Assembly (NCBI GenBank): GCA_963169765.1
Contig: CAUJEN010000048.1
Location: forward strand, 1-64,000
Length of the DNA: 64,000 nt
Source: Vulcanimicrobiota bacterium
Lineage (GTDB): Bacteria > Vulcanimicrobiota > Xenobia > Xenobiales > QWHO01
Direction of reading: 5' to 3'
Shown: piece after piece, positions 1 to 9,826 of the stretch
How the letters are laid out: each line of letters begins with the position of its first letter
Numbering within the stretch: position 1 is the stretch's first letter
Program-made: the position numbers and the translations under genes
Notes under the pieces: generated by a model
The model's input: the letters and a program-made list of their open reading frames with translations, nothing else
Databases searched by the model: none
What the model was told of the DNA's origin: nothing

Positions 1-118
1 GGCCCCCGATCAGGCCGGTCAGGAAGATAATCAGGGTCACACTCATGGCCACCACGCCAGTGGTCAGCAGCGTCTCGCCGCGCCCGAAGCGGAGGTGGCG
101 CAGGGCCACCGTGACCAT
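1..118 (-). CDS. ABC transporter permease (MacB/FtsX-like), N-terminal fragment continuing beyond window edge
   Basis: Minus-strand translation from ATG at 118-116 gives MVTVALRHLRFGRGETLLTTGVVAMSVTLIIFLTGLIGG, typical first TM helix of FtsX/MacB permeases; immediately downstream of HlyD adaptor gene. Confidence 0.45.
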   Translation of the reverse strand, partial: MVTVALRHLRFGRGETLLTTGVVAMSVTLIIFLTGLIGG

Positions 119-132
119 GAAGTAGTCGGGGA

Positions 133-1635
133 TCACTGGCCCACCGGCTCGTAGTTGGTCTTGCCATTGGGATCATTGCCGGCGGCGGGGGGCCCCGACT
201 CGAGCTCGGGGGGCTCGACCGTCCGGGCTCGAGCGCGTTGCCCGGGCTCGACGGTGGTGGCGTTCTGCACGACCGCCCGACCCTCGTCGAGACCCTCGAT
301 GGCGGCCCAGTTCTGGCCGCGAGCCAGCACCTTGACCGTCAGCGCGCGCAATCGTCCCCCTTCGACCACCAGGCAGGTGTTGTCGTTGATCAGGCAGGAC
401 AGGGGAAGGCTGAGAGCTTTCAGGCGCCGGACCTCGATGCTGACATCCAGGGTCATGTCGGGACGGGCATACTCCGGCAACCGCTCGGGCTTGAGCCGCA
501 CCGGCACGACCCCGCGCGTGGCATCGACGTCGGGCCCGATCTGGCTGACCCGAGCCGTGAACGGCTGCTCGCGGAAGGCTGGCGGGAAGACGGTCGCGCT
601 CTGCCCCACCTTGAGGCGGGGAAGGTTGGTCTCATCCGTCTCGACATAGATCTCGGTGCGCTCCATGGCTGCCAGCGTCAGCAGGGCGGTGCCCGTATTG
701 ATGCTCTGGCCCGGCTCGACGTTGCGACGGGTGATCAGCCCCGCCATGGGGGCCCGGATCTGGCGTCGCTCCACCTGCTCGACGGCGTTCCGGAAGGCAG
801 ACTCGGCTTCGGCCAGGCGGGCTCGGGCCAGGCTGCGGTCCTCCGGGTAGGGCTGCCGGGCCAGCAGGCCGAGGTTCTGGCGGGCCACCTGCTCGCTGGT
901 GGAGAGCGTGGCGCGGGCGGCCTCGAGCTCGGCTCGGGCGGCGGCGATCTCTTCAGGGCGAGCCGGCTGGCTGGCCAACCGCAGGCGTTCCTGCAGGGCC
1001 TGCTGGCTGGCCAGGGCACGGCTCTGGGCGAGGGTGGCCTGCTCGAGCTCGGAGCGCGAGATGGCCCCCTGGGCAAAGAGGTCGCGGGCCCGAGCCATGT
1101 CGCGGTCGGCCTGCTCGCGCTCCGAGCGAGCTCGAGCCAGGTTTGCCCGAGCTTCCCCCCGCTCCTCGGGCCGCCCGCCGCGCTCGAGCTGGTCGAGCCT
1201 CTGGCGCGCCTGCTCCAGGCGGGCGCGATTGACCTGGCTGGCCTGCTCGAGCTCGGCCCGGGCCCGAGCGAGCTCCTCCGGTTGGGCGCCGCGCTCGACC
1301 CGAGCCAGCTCGCTGGAGGCGGTCTCCACGGCGTGCCGGGCCTGATCGCGCTGAGCCAGGATGTCGCCGTCGTCAAGCTCGATCAGAAGCTGACCCTTGC
1401 GCACCTGGTCGCCTTCCTCCACCAGCACTCTGGCCACGCTACCCGAGACGCTGCTCCCGAGCTGGCTCTGTCGCACCGCTCGGAGCCGACCGCTGGCCAG
1501 AATCAGCTCGACCACCTCGCGCTCTCGGGGCAAGACGACATCGACGGTGGGGGCGGGACGCAGCTGCCACCCCACCAGCGCCACGACCAGCACGCCAAGA
1601 AGGAGCATCGTGGTGACTCTGGGGCTCGGCATTCG
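133..1635 (-). CDS. HlyD-family membrane fusion / periplasmic adaptor protein of an efflux or secretion system
   Basis: ORF 133-1788; N-terminal TM helix MLLLGVLVVALVGW, very long Ala/Arg/Glu/Gln-rich coiled coil, C-terminal beta-barrel region (GLITRRNVEPGQSINTGTALLTLA); likely start MPSPRV at ~1635 rather than ORF extreme. Confidence 0.75.
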   Translation of the reverse strand, partial: RMPSPRVTTMLLLGVLVVALVGWQLRPAPTVDVVLPREREVVELILASGRLRAVRQSQLGSSVSGSVARVLVEEGDQVRKGQLLIELDDGDILAQRDQARHAVETASSELARVERGAQPEELARARAELEQASQVNRARLEQARQRLDQLERGGRPEERGEARANLARARSEREQADRDMARARDLFAQGAISRSELEQATLAQSRALASQQALQERLRLASQPARPEEIAAARAELEAARATLSTSEQVARQNLGLLARQPYPEDRSLARARLAEAESAFRNAVEQVERRQIRAPMAGLITRRNVEPGQSINTGTALLTLAAMERTEIYVETDETNLPRLKVGQSATVFPPAFREQPFTARVSQIGPDVDATRGVVPVRLKPERLPEYARPDMTLDVSIEVRRLKALSLPLSCLINDNTCLVVEGGRLRALTVKVLARGQNWAAIEGLDEGRAVVQNATTVEPGQRARARTVEPPELESGPPAAGNDPNGKTNYEPVGQ

Positions 1636-1684
1636 GCCGGGATGTTCCACTACCAGAGGGTGAGTCCTTTGCCTGGAGCTGGCT

Positions 1685-2551
1685 TCAGACGGTCCGCTCG
1701 GCACCGAGCAGGCTCCTGGGCGGCTCGCGCAACCCCCACACCAGCCCCAGCCGTTCCAGCCCCTTGAGCGCATAGTGGGTGAGATCAAGCTCCCACCAGA
1801 AGAAGCCCTGACGCTCGCTGCCCGGGTAGCGGTGGTGGTTGTTGTGCCAGCCCTCCCCCAGCGTGATCAGGGCCAGCCAGAAGTGATTCCTGCTGCTGTC
1901 TCGGGTCTCATAACGCCGGCTGCCGAAGACGTGGCTCAGCGAATTGATGCTAAAAGTCGCGTGATACACCAGGATGGTGCTCACGAAGTAAGCCCACACC
2001 AGCAGCTGCCAGCGTGTGGTGCCCAGGAAGGGCATCCTGGTCTCGATGAAAATTCCCAGGAAGAACCAGCAGAAAGCGTAAATCCAGGTGGCTTTATGAG
2101 GGTGGCGCTCGAAAAGGTGAAGCTCGGGATAGCGAGCCAGATCGCGCACGGCCTCCAGGTTGGTCTTAGAGCTGCGACAGGTCAAGAACCAGACCGTGTG
2201 GGACCAGAAAAAACCCCTCAGACCCGGCGAGTGCGGGTCCTGCCCGGTGTCCGCATGCCGATGGTGGTGGCGGTGGTGAGCCGCCCACCAGAGCGGGCCG
2301 TTCTGCCCCGCGGTGGCCCCCAGCACAGCCAGCACGAACTGGAAGGCGCGCGAGGTCTGATAGGAGCGGTGCGAGAAATATCGGTGGTAGCCGGCCGTGA
2401 TGCCGAACATGCGCAGCAGGTAGCTAAACAAGCAGGCCGCAACGGCCAGCGGGGTCCAGCCCACCAGGAAGACGGCCAGGGGAGCCAGGTGCAGCATTAC
2501 ATAGGGAATTGCACCGCGGTAGTCCAACCGGTCGGTTTCGACCTCGGTCAT
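1685..2551 (-). CDS. Membrane acyl-CoA/acyl-lipid fatty acid desaturase (delta-9 type)
   Basis: Histidine boxes HRYFSH, HHRHHHRH and C-terminal HNNHH; multiple TM segments; start overlaps upstream stop (ATGA at 2548-2551). Confidence 0.85.
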   Translation of the reverse strand: MTEVETDRLDYRGAIPYVMLHLAPLAVFLVGWTPLAVAACLFSYLLRMFGITAGYHRYFSHRSYQTSRAFQFVLAVLGATAGQNGPLWWAAHHRHHHRHADTGQDPHSPGLRGFFWSHTVWFLTCRSSKTNLEAVRDLARYPELHLFERHPHKATWIYAFCWFFLGIFIETRMPFLGTTRWQLLVWAYFVSTILVYHATFSINSLSHVFGSRRYETRDSSRNHFWLALITLGEGWHNNHHRYPGSERQGFFWWELDLTHYALKGLERLGLVWGLREPPRSLLGAERTV

Positions 2552-4521
2552 AAGGGCAGGCTGGGGTTATTCACCCGCGTGAGGACCAGTTGGAGATCGC
2601 CCAGTGTGCGAGTGGCAAAGCCGGCCTCGCAGTAGCAGAAGTAGTATTCCCAGGTGCGCAGGAAATAGCGATCTTTGCCCAGGCGCTCTTTCGAGCTCAA
2701 GAACCGTCGGCGCCATTCGCGCAGGGTGCGGGCGTAATGGATGCCGATGTTCTCCAGGCTTTCGATCAAGAACCGACTGTTCTTCGTCATCGCGTTCGTG
2801 AGCGCCGTCAGGCTGGGGATGTTGGAGCCGGGGAAAATGTGCTTCTGGGTCCACTCGACGCTGCGCCGGTAGACCTCGTAGCCCTGGTCTGGGATGGTGA
2901 TGGTCTGCAACACCATCAGGCCGTCCGGCTTCAGCAGCCGATCACAGGTCGAGAAAAACTGGCCGTAATGCTCGTGCCCGACGGCCTCCAGCATTTCGAT
3001 GGAGACGATGCGGTCGAACTGCCCCTGTGTCTGGCGATAATCGCACAGTCTGGCCTGAACGAGATCTTGAAGTCCCAGCTCCCGCGAGCGTTGCCGAACA
3101 TACTCATACTGCCGCTCGGACAGCGTCAGGGTGGTAACCCGGCAACCCGTGCGTCGGGCCGCCAGAAATGCGAAACTCCCCCAGCCGGAGCCCATCTCCA
3201 GCAGGTGGTGGTGGGGGGACACGCGGGCCTTGTCCAGCACCGCCAGGAGCTTTTCTTCCTGCGCCTCCTCGAGCGTCTCGTTGCCCCTGCGATAAAGAGC
3301 GCAGGAGTAAGTCATGCTCTCGTCCAGGAAATGCTGGAAGAACTCGTTGCCCAGATCATAGTGCTGGCGAATGTTGCGCCGGCTGCCCGACAGGGTGTTT
3401 CTGCGCAGCAAGTGCTTGAGCCGTTGGAGCCATCGGAACCCGTGGCTGAGCCAGAACTTCCTGTCATCCACGGCCTGGCGGTTGTCCACCATGAGCTGGA
3501 TGAAGGCCACCACGTCGGGGCTGTCCCAGAGCTCGAGCTGGAACGACTCCCCCAACCCGACGTCGCCATCCATGGCCACGCGGCGGAAGAAGTCGTAGTC
3601 GTTGACGATCAACTCGGCGTTGCGGCCACCCTTTCCTTCGAAGACCTTCTGGGTGCGATCGGGCAGCGTCAGGGTCAACCGGCCGGTATGAATGAGGCTC
3701 AGATAGCTCTCTACCAGCCTCTGGCAGTAGCGCTCCAGCCATCCGGGCGGCTCAGCGCGCAGAATGGTCGGGGCTTCCGGGAACGGCTTGGGCACGGGGG
3801 GCAATCCTTTCCGATAGTGCAGTGTGGCCGCTTGCCACAGAATCCGGGGGACGGTCATGGCCGCGGTAACAGGATAATGCAGGAGGGTGGCCAGATGGTT
3901 CCCGGGGGTCAACTCGCAAGGGCGACCTTTCAGAGCCGAGCGGAAGACGACTTTGCCCTGATCCAGGATATGAATCTGGATGTCGAGTTTCTCGCGGGGA
4001 TCACCGAAGTGAAAGTCGTAATCGCCTTCGATGGCGTTGAAAGGAGAGACATAGAACCCCTTGGGCACGGTGTAGCGAGCCAGCATTCCCTCGAGGGGCT
4101 CGCGAGACTCGTTGAGGACATACAGAAAACGCTCTCCAAAGGTATTGTTGACCTCGGCCAGACAGCCCACAAGCTGATCATGGGCGTCCCAGCAATAGTA
4201 GAAGCTGACGGGGTTGAAAACATAGCCCAGGTAGCGAGCGCTGGTGATCAGATGGATCTTCTGAACGCCCAGCAGCCCGTGGCTCTGAAGATGGCCTTCG
4301 AGCTTCTGCCTCAGCGTGCCGGGGCCGCGCTCGAGGTAGTCACAGTCATAGACCGAGCTGAGCCCGGGGCGGTTGTAGCCAAACAGGGGCGAGCTCATTC
4401 TTGGGAGCTCGTCGAGGTCCAGGCAATAGGCGTAGATGGGATAACGAAAGCCGTGCTTGACGGGAGTCAGACGCACGTGGCTGACGTGGCCGCGGTAGAT
4501 GAGGCTGCTCACAACGGGCAA
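2548..4521 (-). CDS. DUF1365 domain fused to cyclopropane-fatty-acyl-phospholipid synthase-like SAM methyltransferase
   Basis: N-term YRGHVSHVRLTPVKHGFRYPIYAYCLDLDEL (DUF1365); C-term LLEMGSGWGSFAFLAARRTGCRVTTLTLSERQYEYV...DRIVSIEMLEAVGHEHY (CFA synthase motifs). Confidence 0.8.
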   Translation of the reverse strand: MPVVSSLIYRGHVSHVRLTPVKHGFRYPIYAYCLDLDELPRMSSPLFGYNRPGLSSVYDCDYLERGPGTLRQKLEGHLQSHGLLGVQKIHLITSARYLGYVFNPVSFYYCWDAHDQLVGCLAEVNNTFGERFLYVLNESREPLEGMLARYTVPKGFYVSPFNAIEGDYDFHFGDPREKLDIQIHILDQGKVVFRSALKGRPCELTPGNHLATLLHYPVTAAMTVPRILWQAATLHYRKGLPPVPKPFPEAPTILRAEPPGWLERYCQRLVESYLSLIHTGRLTLTLPDRTQKVFEGKGGRNAELIVNDYDFFRRVAMDGDVGLGESFQLELWDSPDVVAFIQLMVDNRQAVDDRKFWLSHGFRWLQRLKHLLRRNTLSGSRRNIRQHYDLGNEFFQHFLDESMTYSCALYRRGNETLEEAQEEKLLAVLDKARVSPHHHLLEMGSGWGSFAFLAARRTGCRVTTLTLSERQYEYVRQRSRELGLQDLVQARLCDYRQTQGQFDRIVSIEMLEAVGHEHYGQFFSTCDRLLKPDGLMVLQTITIPDQGYEVYRRSVEWTQKHIFPGSNIPSLTALTNAMTKNSRFLIESLENIGIHYARTLREWRRRFLSSKERLGKDRYFLRTWEYYFCYCEAGFATRTLGDLQLVLTRVNNPSLPL

Positions 4522-5711
4522 CCCAGGCTCTCGGCCACGGCCACGGCCGACTTGACGGCATCCTCGTGGAAGCCATAGCCGAAGTACGAGCCGCAGAAAT
4601 AGGTTCGGTCGCGATTCAGGCTCTTCAAGAGGGGCTGCGTGGCCACGCTGGCGGTGGTATAGGCGGGGTGCTCATAGAAAAATTCCGCGATCACGCTGCC
4701 CTCCGGATAGGGCTCGGGGCGGTTGAGCGTGACGAGATACTGGCGGTGGGTGCACAGCCCCTGGAGCCGATTCATGTGATAGCTCAGGAAGGCTGGCTCG
4801 TCAGGACGCTGGCGGGTGAAGCTCCAACTCGCCCACGCCCTCCGCTCGGGTGGCATGAGGCTCAGGTCCGTGTGGAGCACGGTATGGTTGCGATGGTAGC
4901 ACCAGGCTCCCAGGAGACTTTTTTCCTCGGGTGTGGGGTCGTTCAGAGCGCTCAGGCTCTGATCCGCGTGGCCGGCCAGGACGACCGCGTCGTATCGCTC
5001 GCCCTCAACCTCGACCCACTCCGTGAAGCGGGCCACGCGAGCCTTCACCCCTGTTGTGACGTTCAACCCGGTCAGCATCTTCCGCACGTAGGTCTGGCTG
5101 CCTCCCGGGATGGTCTGCCAGACAGGGCGATCGGTCAGGCTGCGCATTCCGTGGTTGCGGAAGAACTCCAGCAGGGTCGAGGCGGGAAAATCCAACATCT
5201 GGCGGGTGGGAGTGCTCCAGACCGCGGCTCCGATGGCCGTCAGGTAGTGCTGGCGGAAGAAACGGCTGTAGTGCCCGCGGTCGAGATAGCTCCCCAGCGT
5301 CTCTCCTGGCCTGGCAGGCCCGGCCAGGTTGAACCGCAACAAGTCGGCGACCAGTCTCAAGAAGCGCGGATCGAGCAGATTCTTGCGCTGCGCGAAGAGC
5401 CTGTTGGCATCGTGCCCCGAGTAGCAGAGCCCACTGACCCGATCATGGTAGCCAAACGACATGTCTGCCGTGCGCACAGGCACGCCCAGTTGTTGGAGCA
5501 CCTTCGTGAAAGTCGGGTAGTTCCGGTCGTTGAGCACGATGAAACCCGTGTCCACCGGCGTTCCAGCGTCGGGTCCATCGGGCAGGACCACTGTATTGGT
5601 GTGGCCGCCCGCGTAATTGTTCTGCTCGAAAACCCACACCTGGTGCCGGCGTTGCAGCAGCCAGGCCGCTGTCAGGCCGGCCACGCCGGCCCCCACCACA
5701 GCGATACGCAA
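4509..5711 (-). CDS. FAD/NAD(P)-binding oxidoreductase (amine-oxidase-like) of the CFA-synthase/DUF1365 cluster
   Basis: N-terminal Rossmann dinucleotide motif MRIAVVGAGVAGLTAAWLL...VFEQNNYAGGHTNT; conserved neighbourhood with DUF1365 and CFA synthase. Confidence 0.8.
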   Translation of the reverse strand: MRIAVVGAGVAGLTAAWLLQRRHQVWVFEQNNYAGGHTNTVVLPDGPDAGTPVDTGFIVLNDRNYPTFTKVLQQLGVPVRTADMSFGYHDRVSGLCYSGHDANRLFAQRKNLLDPRFLRLVADLLRFNLAGPARPGETLGSYLDRGHYSRFFRQHYLTAIGAAVWSTPTRQMLDFPASTLLEFFRNHGMRSLTDRPVWQTIPGGSQTYVRKMLTGLNVTTGVKARVARFTEWVEVEGERYDAVVLAGHADQSLSALNDPTPEEKSLLGAWCYHRNHTVLHTDLSLMPPERRAWASWSFTRQRPDEPAFLSYHMNRLQGLCTHRQYLVTLNRPEPYPEGSVIAEFFYEHPAYTTASVATQPLLKSLNRDRTYFCGSYFGYGFHEDAVKSAVAVAESLGCPL

Positions 5712-6065
5712 TCGGTCTTGCCTCCTTAGATGAGTTCCCAGACACGCCCGAAAGGTCCGAGCCCGACTGTGCGGGGCGGGAAAGGCGGGGGGTCAAGCAG
5801 CGGTGCCTTGCGCCTGCAGGTTCAACGTCTGCAGGAGCTTGGCCTTCGATCCTCCGGAAAGCACATGGCGGGTTCGGCAGCCCCCCTGGTGGAACAACGG
5901 CACGCCTCTCTGCGGATGTGCCAACGGGGCTACCCGGTGACGTTCGGATGACCTTGAGGAGTTCATGAATCACCTCAGCCACTCCTACACCTTCCGTCGC
6001 CGTCCGCACGGGACCGAGTTCAATGCCAGCAGGAGCCTGACCATCGTCTCTCCAACCGCAGCCCC

Positions 6066-6830
6066 ATGGAGCTCGTGCTGGGCGGGATGGCGCTGGTGAG
6101 CGGACTGATGCTGGTCCTGTGGTTGCTGCATTTCCCGCTCAAGAACGCGGCCCTGGTGGATGTGGGCTGGACCTTCGGCCTGATGCTGCTTGCTCTCTAT
6201 TATGCTTGGAAGGGAACCGGCTGGCCGGTGCGCAGCTGGCTGTGCGCCGCCATGGTCAGCTTGTGGGCTCTGCGTCTTGGAGGCTATCTCTTTTTGACGC
6301 GCATCTGGGGAGCCGAGGAAGAAGGACGCTACAAGCAGCTTCGCAAGGACTGGGAGAGCAACGTTGGCCTCAAATTCCTGGCCTTTTTCCTGGCCCAGGG
6401 CCTGCTGGACGTGCTACTCTCGCTGCCGTTCCTGCTGATCTGCCTCAACCCCGAGCCCCGGATCAATGCCATAGAGCTTGCTGGAACCGCCCTCTGGCTG
6501 ACGGGCCTGCTCGGAGAGGCGACGGCTGACGCTCAACTGGCGGGTTTCAAGCGCGAGGGGCGGGGCGGGGTCTGCCGGCGGGGGCTTTGGAACTACAGCC
6601 GTCATCCCAACTACTTCTTCGAGATCATCACCTGGATCGGCTACGGGACCTTCGCCCTGGCCTCACCTTACGGCTGGCTGGGAATGCTGAGCCCCCTTCT
6701 CATCGCTTATTTCATCCTGCGCGTCACAGGGATTCCGGCCACGGAGCAGCAGGCCCTGCGCAGCAAGGGGGAGGCCTACCGGCACTATCAAGAGACGACC
6801 AGCGTGCTGGTCCCCTGGTTCAAGAAATGA
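6066..6830 (+). CDS. DUF1295 family polytopic membrane protein (steroid 5-alpha-reductase/ICMT-like fold)
   Basis: Multiple TM helices, C-terminal GLWNYSRHPNYFFEIITWIGY motif typical of DUF1295; divergent from oxidoreductase gene. Confidence 0.75.
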   Translation: MELVLGGMALVSGLMLVLWLLHFPLKNAALVDVGWTFGLMLLALYYAWKGTGWPVRSWLCAAMVSLWALRLGGYLFLTRIWGAEEEGRYKQLRKDWESNVGLKFLAFFLAQGLLDVLLSLPFLLICLNPEPRINAIELAGTALWLTGLLGEATADAQLAGFKREGRGGVCRRGLWNYSRHPNYFFEIITWIGYGTFALASPYGWLGMLSPLLIAYFILRVTGIPATEQQALRSKGEAYRHYQETTSVLVPWFKK

Positions 6831-7813
6831 AAGACTTCCTGATCTTGCAGGCGATCCGCTTTTTGAACTGGCAGCGCCTGCGGCACGAGCGCCGGGGCGG
6901 CCCCGAGGCCCAGCAGGAGCGTTTGCTGACTCTGCTGGACAGGCTGTCGCAGGGTCCGCTGGCCTTGCAGGTCGAGGAGGCCAATCGGCAGCACTACGAG
7001 TTGCCCGCGAGCTTCTTCCAACTCGTGCTGGGGCCTCACCGTAAGTATTCCAGCGCCTACTGGACCTCAAGCTGTCAAGACCTGGGGGAGGCCGAGCGGG
7101 CCATGCTCGAGCTCTATTGCGAACGGGCCGAGCTCCGGGATGGGCAAACCATCCTCGAGCTTGGCTGCGGCTGGGGCTCTCTCACCGAGCTCATGGCCCG
7201 CAGCTACCCCGCCAGCCGCATCCTGACCGTTTCGAACTCGCAAAGTCAGCGAGAGCTCATTAATTCCCTGCAACTACCGAACGTCGAGGCTCGGACCTGC
7301 GATATCAACCGATTCGAGCCTTCGCAGAGCTACGATCGCATCGTCTCGATCGAAATGTTCGAGCACCTGCGCAACTACCGATTGCTCTTTCAGCGCCTGG
7401 AGAGGTGGCTCCGGCCGGGGGGCAAGCTGTTCATCCACATCTTCTGCCATCGGACGCTGACCTATCTTTTCGAGGGCCAGGGCTGGATGGAGCGTCATTT
7501 TTTCGCCGGCGGGACACTCCCTTCCGCCAGCCTTTTCCTGCAATGCTGCGGAAAGCTGGTTCCGGAAGCTCACTGGCTGGTGGACGGCAGGCACTACCAG
7601 CGCACCGCGCTGGCCTGGCTGGCAAATTTGCGTCGCGAGAAGGCGCGTGTGCTGGAGATCTTCGGACCCGTCTACGGTCCAGACAGCCGCAAGTGGTTCC
7701 TTCGCTGGGAGCTCTTCTTCCTGGCCTGCGCCGGCTACTTCGGCTACGCCGGCGGTCGCGAATACATGGTGGCTCATTACCGCTTCGCGAGATCGGATCA
7801 GGAGACCCTTTGA
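6827..7813 (+). CDS. Second cyclopropane-fatty-acyl-phospholipid synthase-like SAM-dependent methyltransferase
   Basis: ATG at 6827 overlaps stop of DUF1295 gene (ATGA); motifs ILELGCGWGSLTELMA, DRIVSIEMFEHL, HYQRTALAWLANL. Confidence 0.8.
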   Translation: MKDFLILQAIRFLNWQRLRHERRGGPEAQQERLLTLLDRLSQGPLALQVEEANRQHYELPASFFQLVLGPHRKYSSAYWTSSCQDLGEAERAMLELYCERAELRDGQTILELGCGWGSLTELMARSYPASRILTVSNSQSQRELINSLQLPNVEARTCDINRFEPSQSYDRIVSIEMFEHLRNYRLLFQRLERWLRPGGKLFIHIFCHRTLTYLFEGQGWMERHFFAGGTLPSASLFLQCCGKLVPEAHWLVDGRHYQRTALAWLANLRREKARVLEIFGPVYGPDSRKWFLRWELFFLACAGYFGYAGGREYMVAHYRFARSDQETL

Positions 7814-7871
7814 CACGGTTTTCCGGACCGCTCCAGGAGCGCGGCCGGAACCCCCTTGACACAGTTTTCCG
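7806..7871. repeat. Two 20-bp direct repeats CCTTTGACACGGTTTTCCGG / CCCTTGACACAGTTTTCCGG spaced 46 bp apart, beginning inside the stop codon of the upstream gene
   Basis: Direct reading of sequence at 7806-7826 and 7852-7871; shares TTGACAC core with the 61-bp tandem array at 20.1 kb. Confidence 0.8.
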
Positions 7872-8013
7872 GCTGCGCGACGCCCAACATGTTGGGCTGG
7901 AAGTCCGGTCGCCTGCATTATCTTGTGGTGCCGGAGGCGGGGGCAGGGACCCCCGAGAGCCTGGCTCCTCCGACACCACACGGGGGTTCGCGGCCGCTTC
8001 TAATGTGCGTTCC

Positions 8014-8092
8014 GTGCTGAAGGTTTTGCCTCTCCTTCGGGGGCGCCACCATAAAAGTCGGTCGGCGCGATTTACTGCAAAACCTTCAGCAC
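8014..8092. terminator. Perfect 16-bp inverted repeat (GTGCTGAAGGTTTTGC ... GCAAAACCTTCAGCAC) between convergent genes; candidate bidirectional terminator
   Basis: Arms at 8014-8029 and 8077-8092 are exact reverse complements; located between + gene ending 7813 and - gene ending 8099; T-rich tract follows on + strand. Confidence 0.45.
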
Positions 8093-8098
8093 TTCACT

Positions 8099-9790
8099 TT
8101 AAATCTCGCGGTGGACCACCTGGCCATCGAACATTGTCAGCAGCACCCGGGTTTCGACCAGCTCGTTGCCCATGATCCCCTGGCGATCGATCTCGAAGAG
8201 ATCGCGGTCGAGCACGGCCAGATCTGCCCGTTTCCCCACAGCCAGAGAGCCAGTCAAGCGCTGGCGCCCGGCTGCCGTCGCCGCGCCCAGCGTGTAGGCA
8301 GTGAGGGTTTCCTGGAGCGAGAGGCGCTCGGCTGGATACCAGGCCCCCTGTTCCATGCGAGCTGGGCGCTGTCGGCAGATAGCTCCGTGCATCCCGTAAA
8401 AGGGATTGGCATCCGAAACCGGCGCATCGCTGCCGAAAGCCAGCAAGGCCCCTGAGCGAGCCAGCCCCCCGAAGCGGTAGGCCAGGCGGGCGCGCTCTCC
8501 GAGATAGGCGTCGGCGGTGTCCATGTCGTCCAGGATGTGGGCGGGCTGTAAACTGGCCGTGATCCCCAGCTCGGCCAGCCGGCCCAGGTCGGAGTCGGCC
8601 AGGGTCTGGGCGTGCTCGATCCGGTGCGCAATGGCTGGCGGCTCTCCACCGCTCAGACGAGCTTGCTCGAACAGGTCCAGGCAGACCCGGTTGGCCCGGT
8701 CGCCAATGGCGTGAATGGACACGGGAAATCCGATGGCCAGAGCCCGCTGCAACTCGTCCTCGATCTGCTCGCGAGGAGTCAGAGCCAGGCCACAGTTGTC
8801 ATGCTCGTCAAACGGACCGGGCAGAAAGGGCTTTAGCATCGAGGCTGTGCGACTGCCCAGCGTGCCATCAGCGAAGATCTTGATATGGCCGAGTTGCAGC
8901 CGGTCGTCCCCCATCGCTGAGGATACACCCAGGGCCTCCAGCAGAGGCAAGTTGTGGGCCGCCACGTTGCAGCTCACCCGCAACTTCAGCTGCTCGCGCC
9001 GATTGAGCCGCGCATAGGCAGCCAGGGCGCGGGGCCCATCGTCCTGGTCCTTGAGCCGCTGATCGCAAATGGCCGTGATCCCCAGCCTGTGCAGCCGCTC
9101 CATGCCCGCCAACAGGGCCCGGTCGAGCTGGCCGGCGCTGGGACCGGGCAAAAGCTCTTGCATCCGGCTGATGGCCAGCTCGCGCAGCACCCCGGTGGGC
9201 TGGCCGTCCGGGTCGCGGTCAATCACGCCCCCCTCCACCACCAGGTCCGGCTCCAGCATCCCGGCCAGGTTGAGGGCGCGCGAATTGGCCACGGCCGAGT
9301 GCATGTCCGAGCGGTAGAGCAAGCAGGGACGGTCGGGCCCCGTGACGGCGTCGAGATGGTGGCGTGACGGCAGGGTGGGGTCGGGCCAGAAGGTCTCATT
9401 CCAACCCCAGCCGCAGACCCAGGTGTCCCGGGGCTCCATCGCCATAAACTGGCGCACCCGCTCGAGCAGGTCCGCCAGGCTCGAACAGCCGCTCAGCTGC
9501 ACCTGGCTCAGGCCCAGGCTCCAGTGGTAGTAGTGGATGTGGGCATCCCACAGGCCGGGGATAACCAGCCTCCCTCCCAGATCGAGACGTTCGGTGGCAC
9601 TCACTTCCTCGCCCACAGCCACCAGGTGGTTGCCCCGAATGGCCAGCGAATCAGCCCAGGGCCGCGCCCGGTCGCCCGTCCAGGCCCGGGCATTGGTCAG
9701 GATCAAATCAGCGCGCACGGTGACTCCCTCAAGGTCCCCCTGGGCAGAACCCGTTTGCCAGCATGAGCCAGGGCCCTGCTCCACAGGTAG
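8099..9790 (-). CDS. Metal-dependent amidohydrolase (amidohydrolase-3 family)
   Basis: LILTNARAWTGD...IPGLWDAHIHYYHW...HAIGDRANR...FGSDAPV metal-ligand pattern; the 731-aa ORF has an implausible low-complexity N-terminal extension; no in-frame ATG near the domain start so a GTG/TTG start between ~9700-9826 is assumed. Confidence 0.65.
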   Translation of the reverse strand, partial: LPVEQGPGSCWQTGSAQGDLEGVTVRADLILTNARAWTGDRARPWADSLAIRGNHLVAVGEEVSATERLDLGGRLVIPGLWDAHIHYYHWSLGLSQVQLSGCSSLADLLERVRQFMAMEPRDTWVCGWGWNETFWPDPTLPSRHHLDAVTGPDRPCLLYRSDMHSAVANSRALNLAGMLEPDLVVEGGVIDRDPDGQPTGVLRELAISRMQELLPGPSAGQLDRALLAGMERLHRLGITAICDQRLKDQDDGPRALAAYARLNRREQLKLRVSCNVAAHNLPLLEALGVSSAMGDDRLQLGHIKIFADGTLGSRTASMLKPFLPGPFDEHDNCGLALTPREQIEDELQRALAIGFPVSIHAIGDRANRVCLDLFEQARLSGGEPPAIAHRIEHAQTLADSDLGRLAELGITASLQPAHILDDMDTADAYLGERARLAYRFGGLARSGALLAFGSDAPVSDANPFYGMHGAICRQRPARMEQGAWYPAERLSLQETLTAYTLGAATAAGRQRLTGSLAVGKRADLAVLDRDLFEIDRQGIMGNELVETRVLLTMFDGQVVHREI

Positions 9791-9826
9791 GCCCGCCCGG
9801 GGCCGACCGCGAAGTAACGCCGCCCT

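Noticed and set aside
238-1767. 509-aa + strand ORF overlapping HlyD gene
   Set aside because: Low-complexity Gly/Ala/Arg-rich antisense translation typical of high-GC DNA; minus-strand HlyD signature is convincing
2590-4578. 662-aa + strand ORF overlapping CFA synthase fusion
   Set aside because: Antisense artefact; no motifs, opposite strand has clear DUF1365/CFAS motifs
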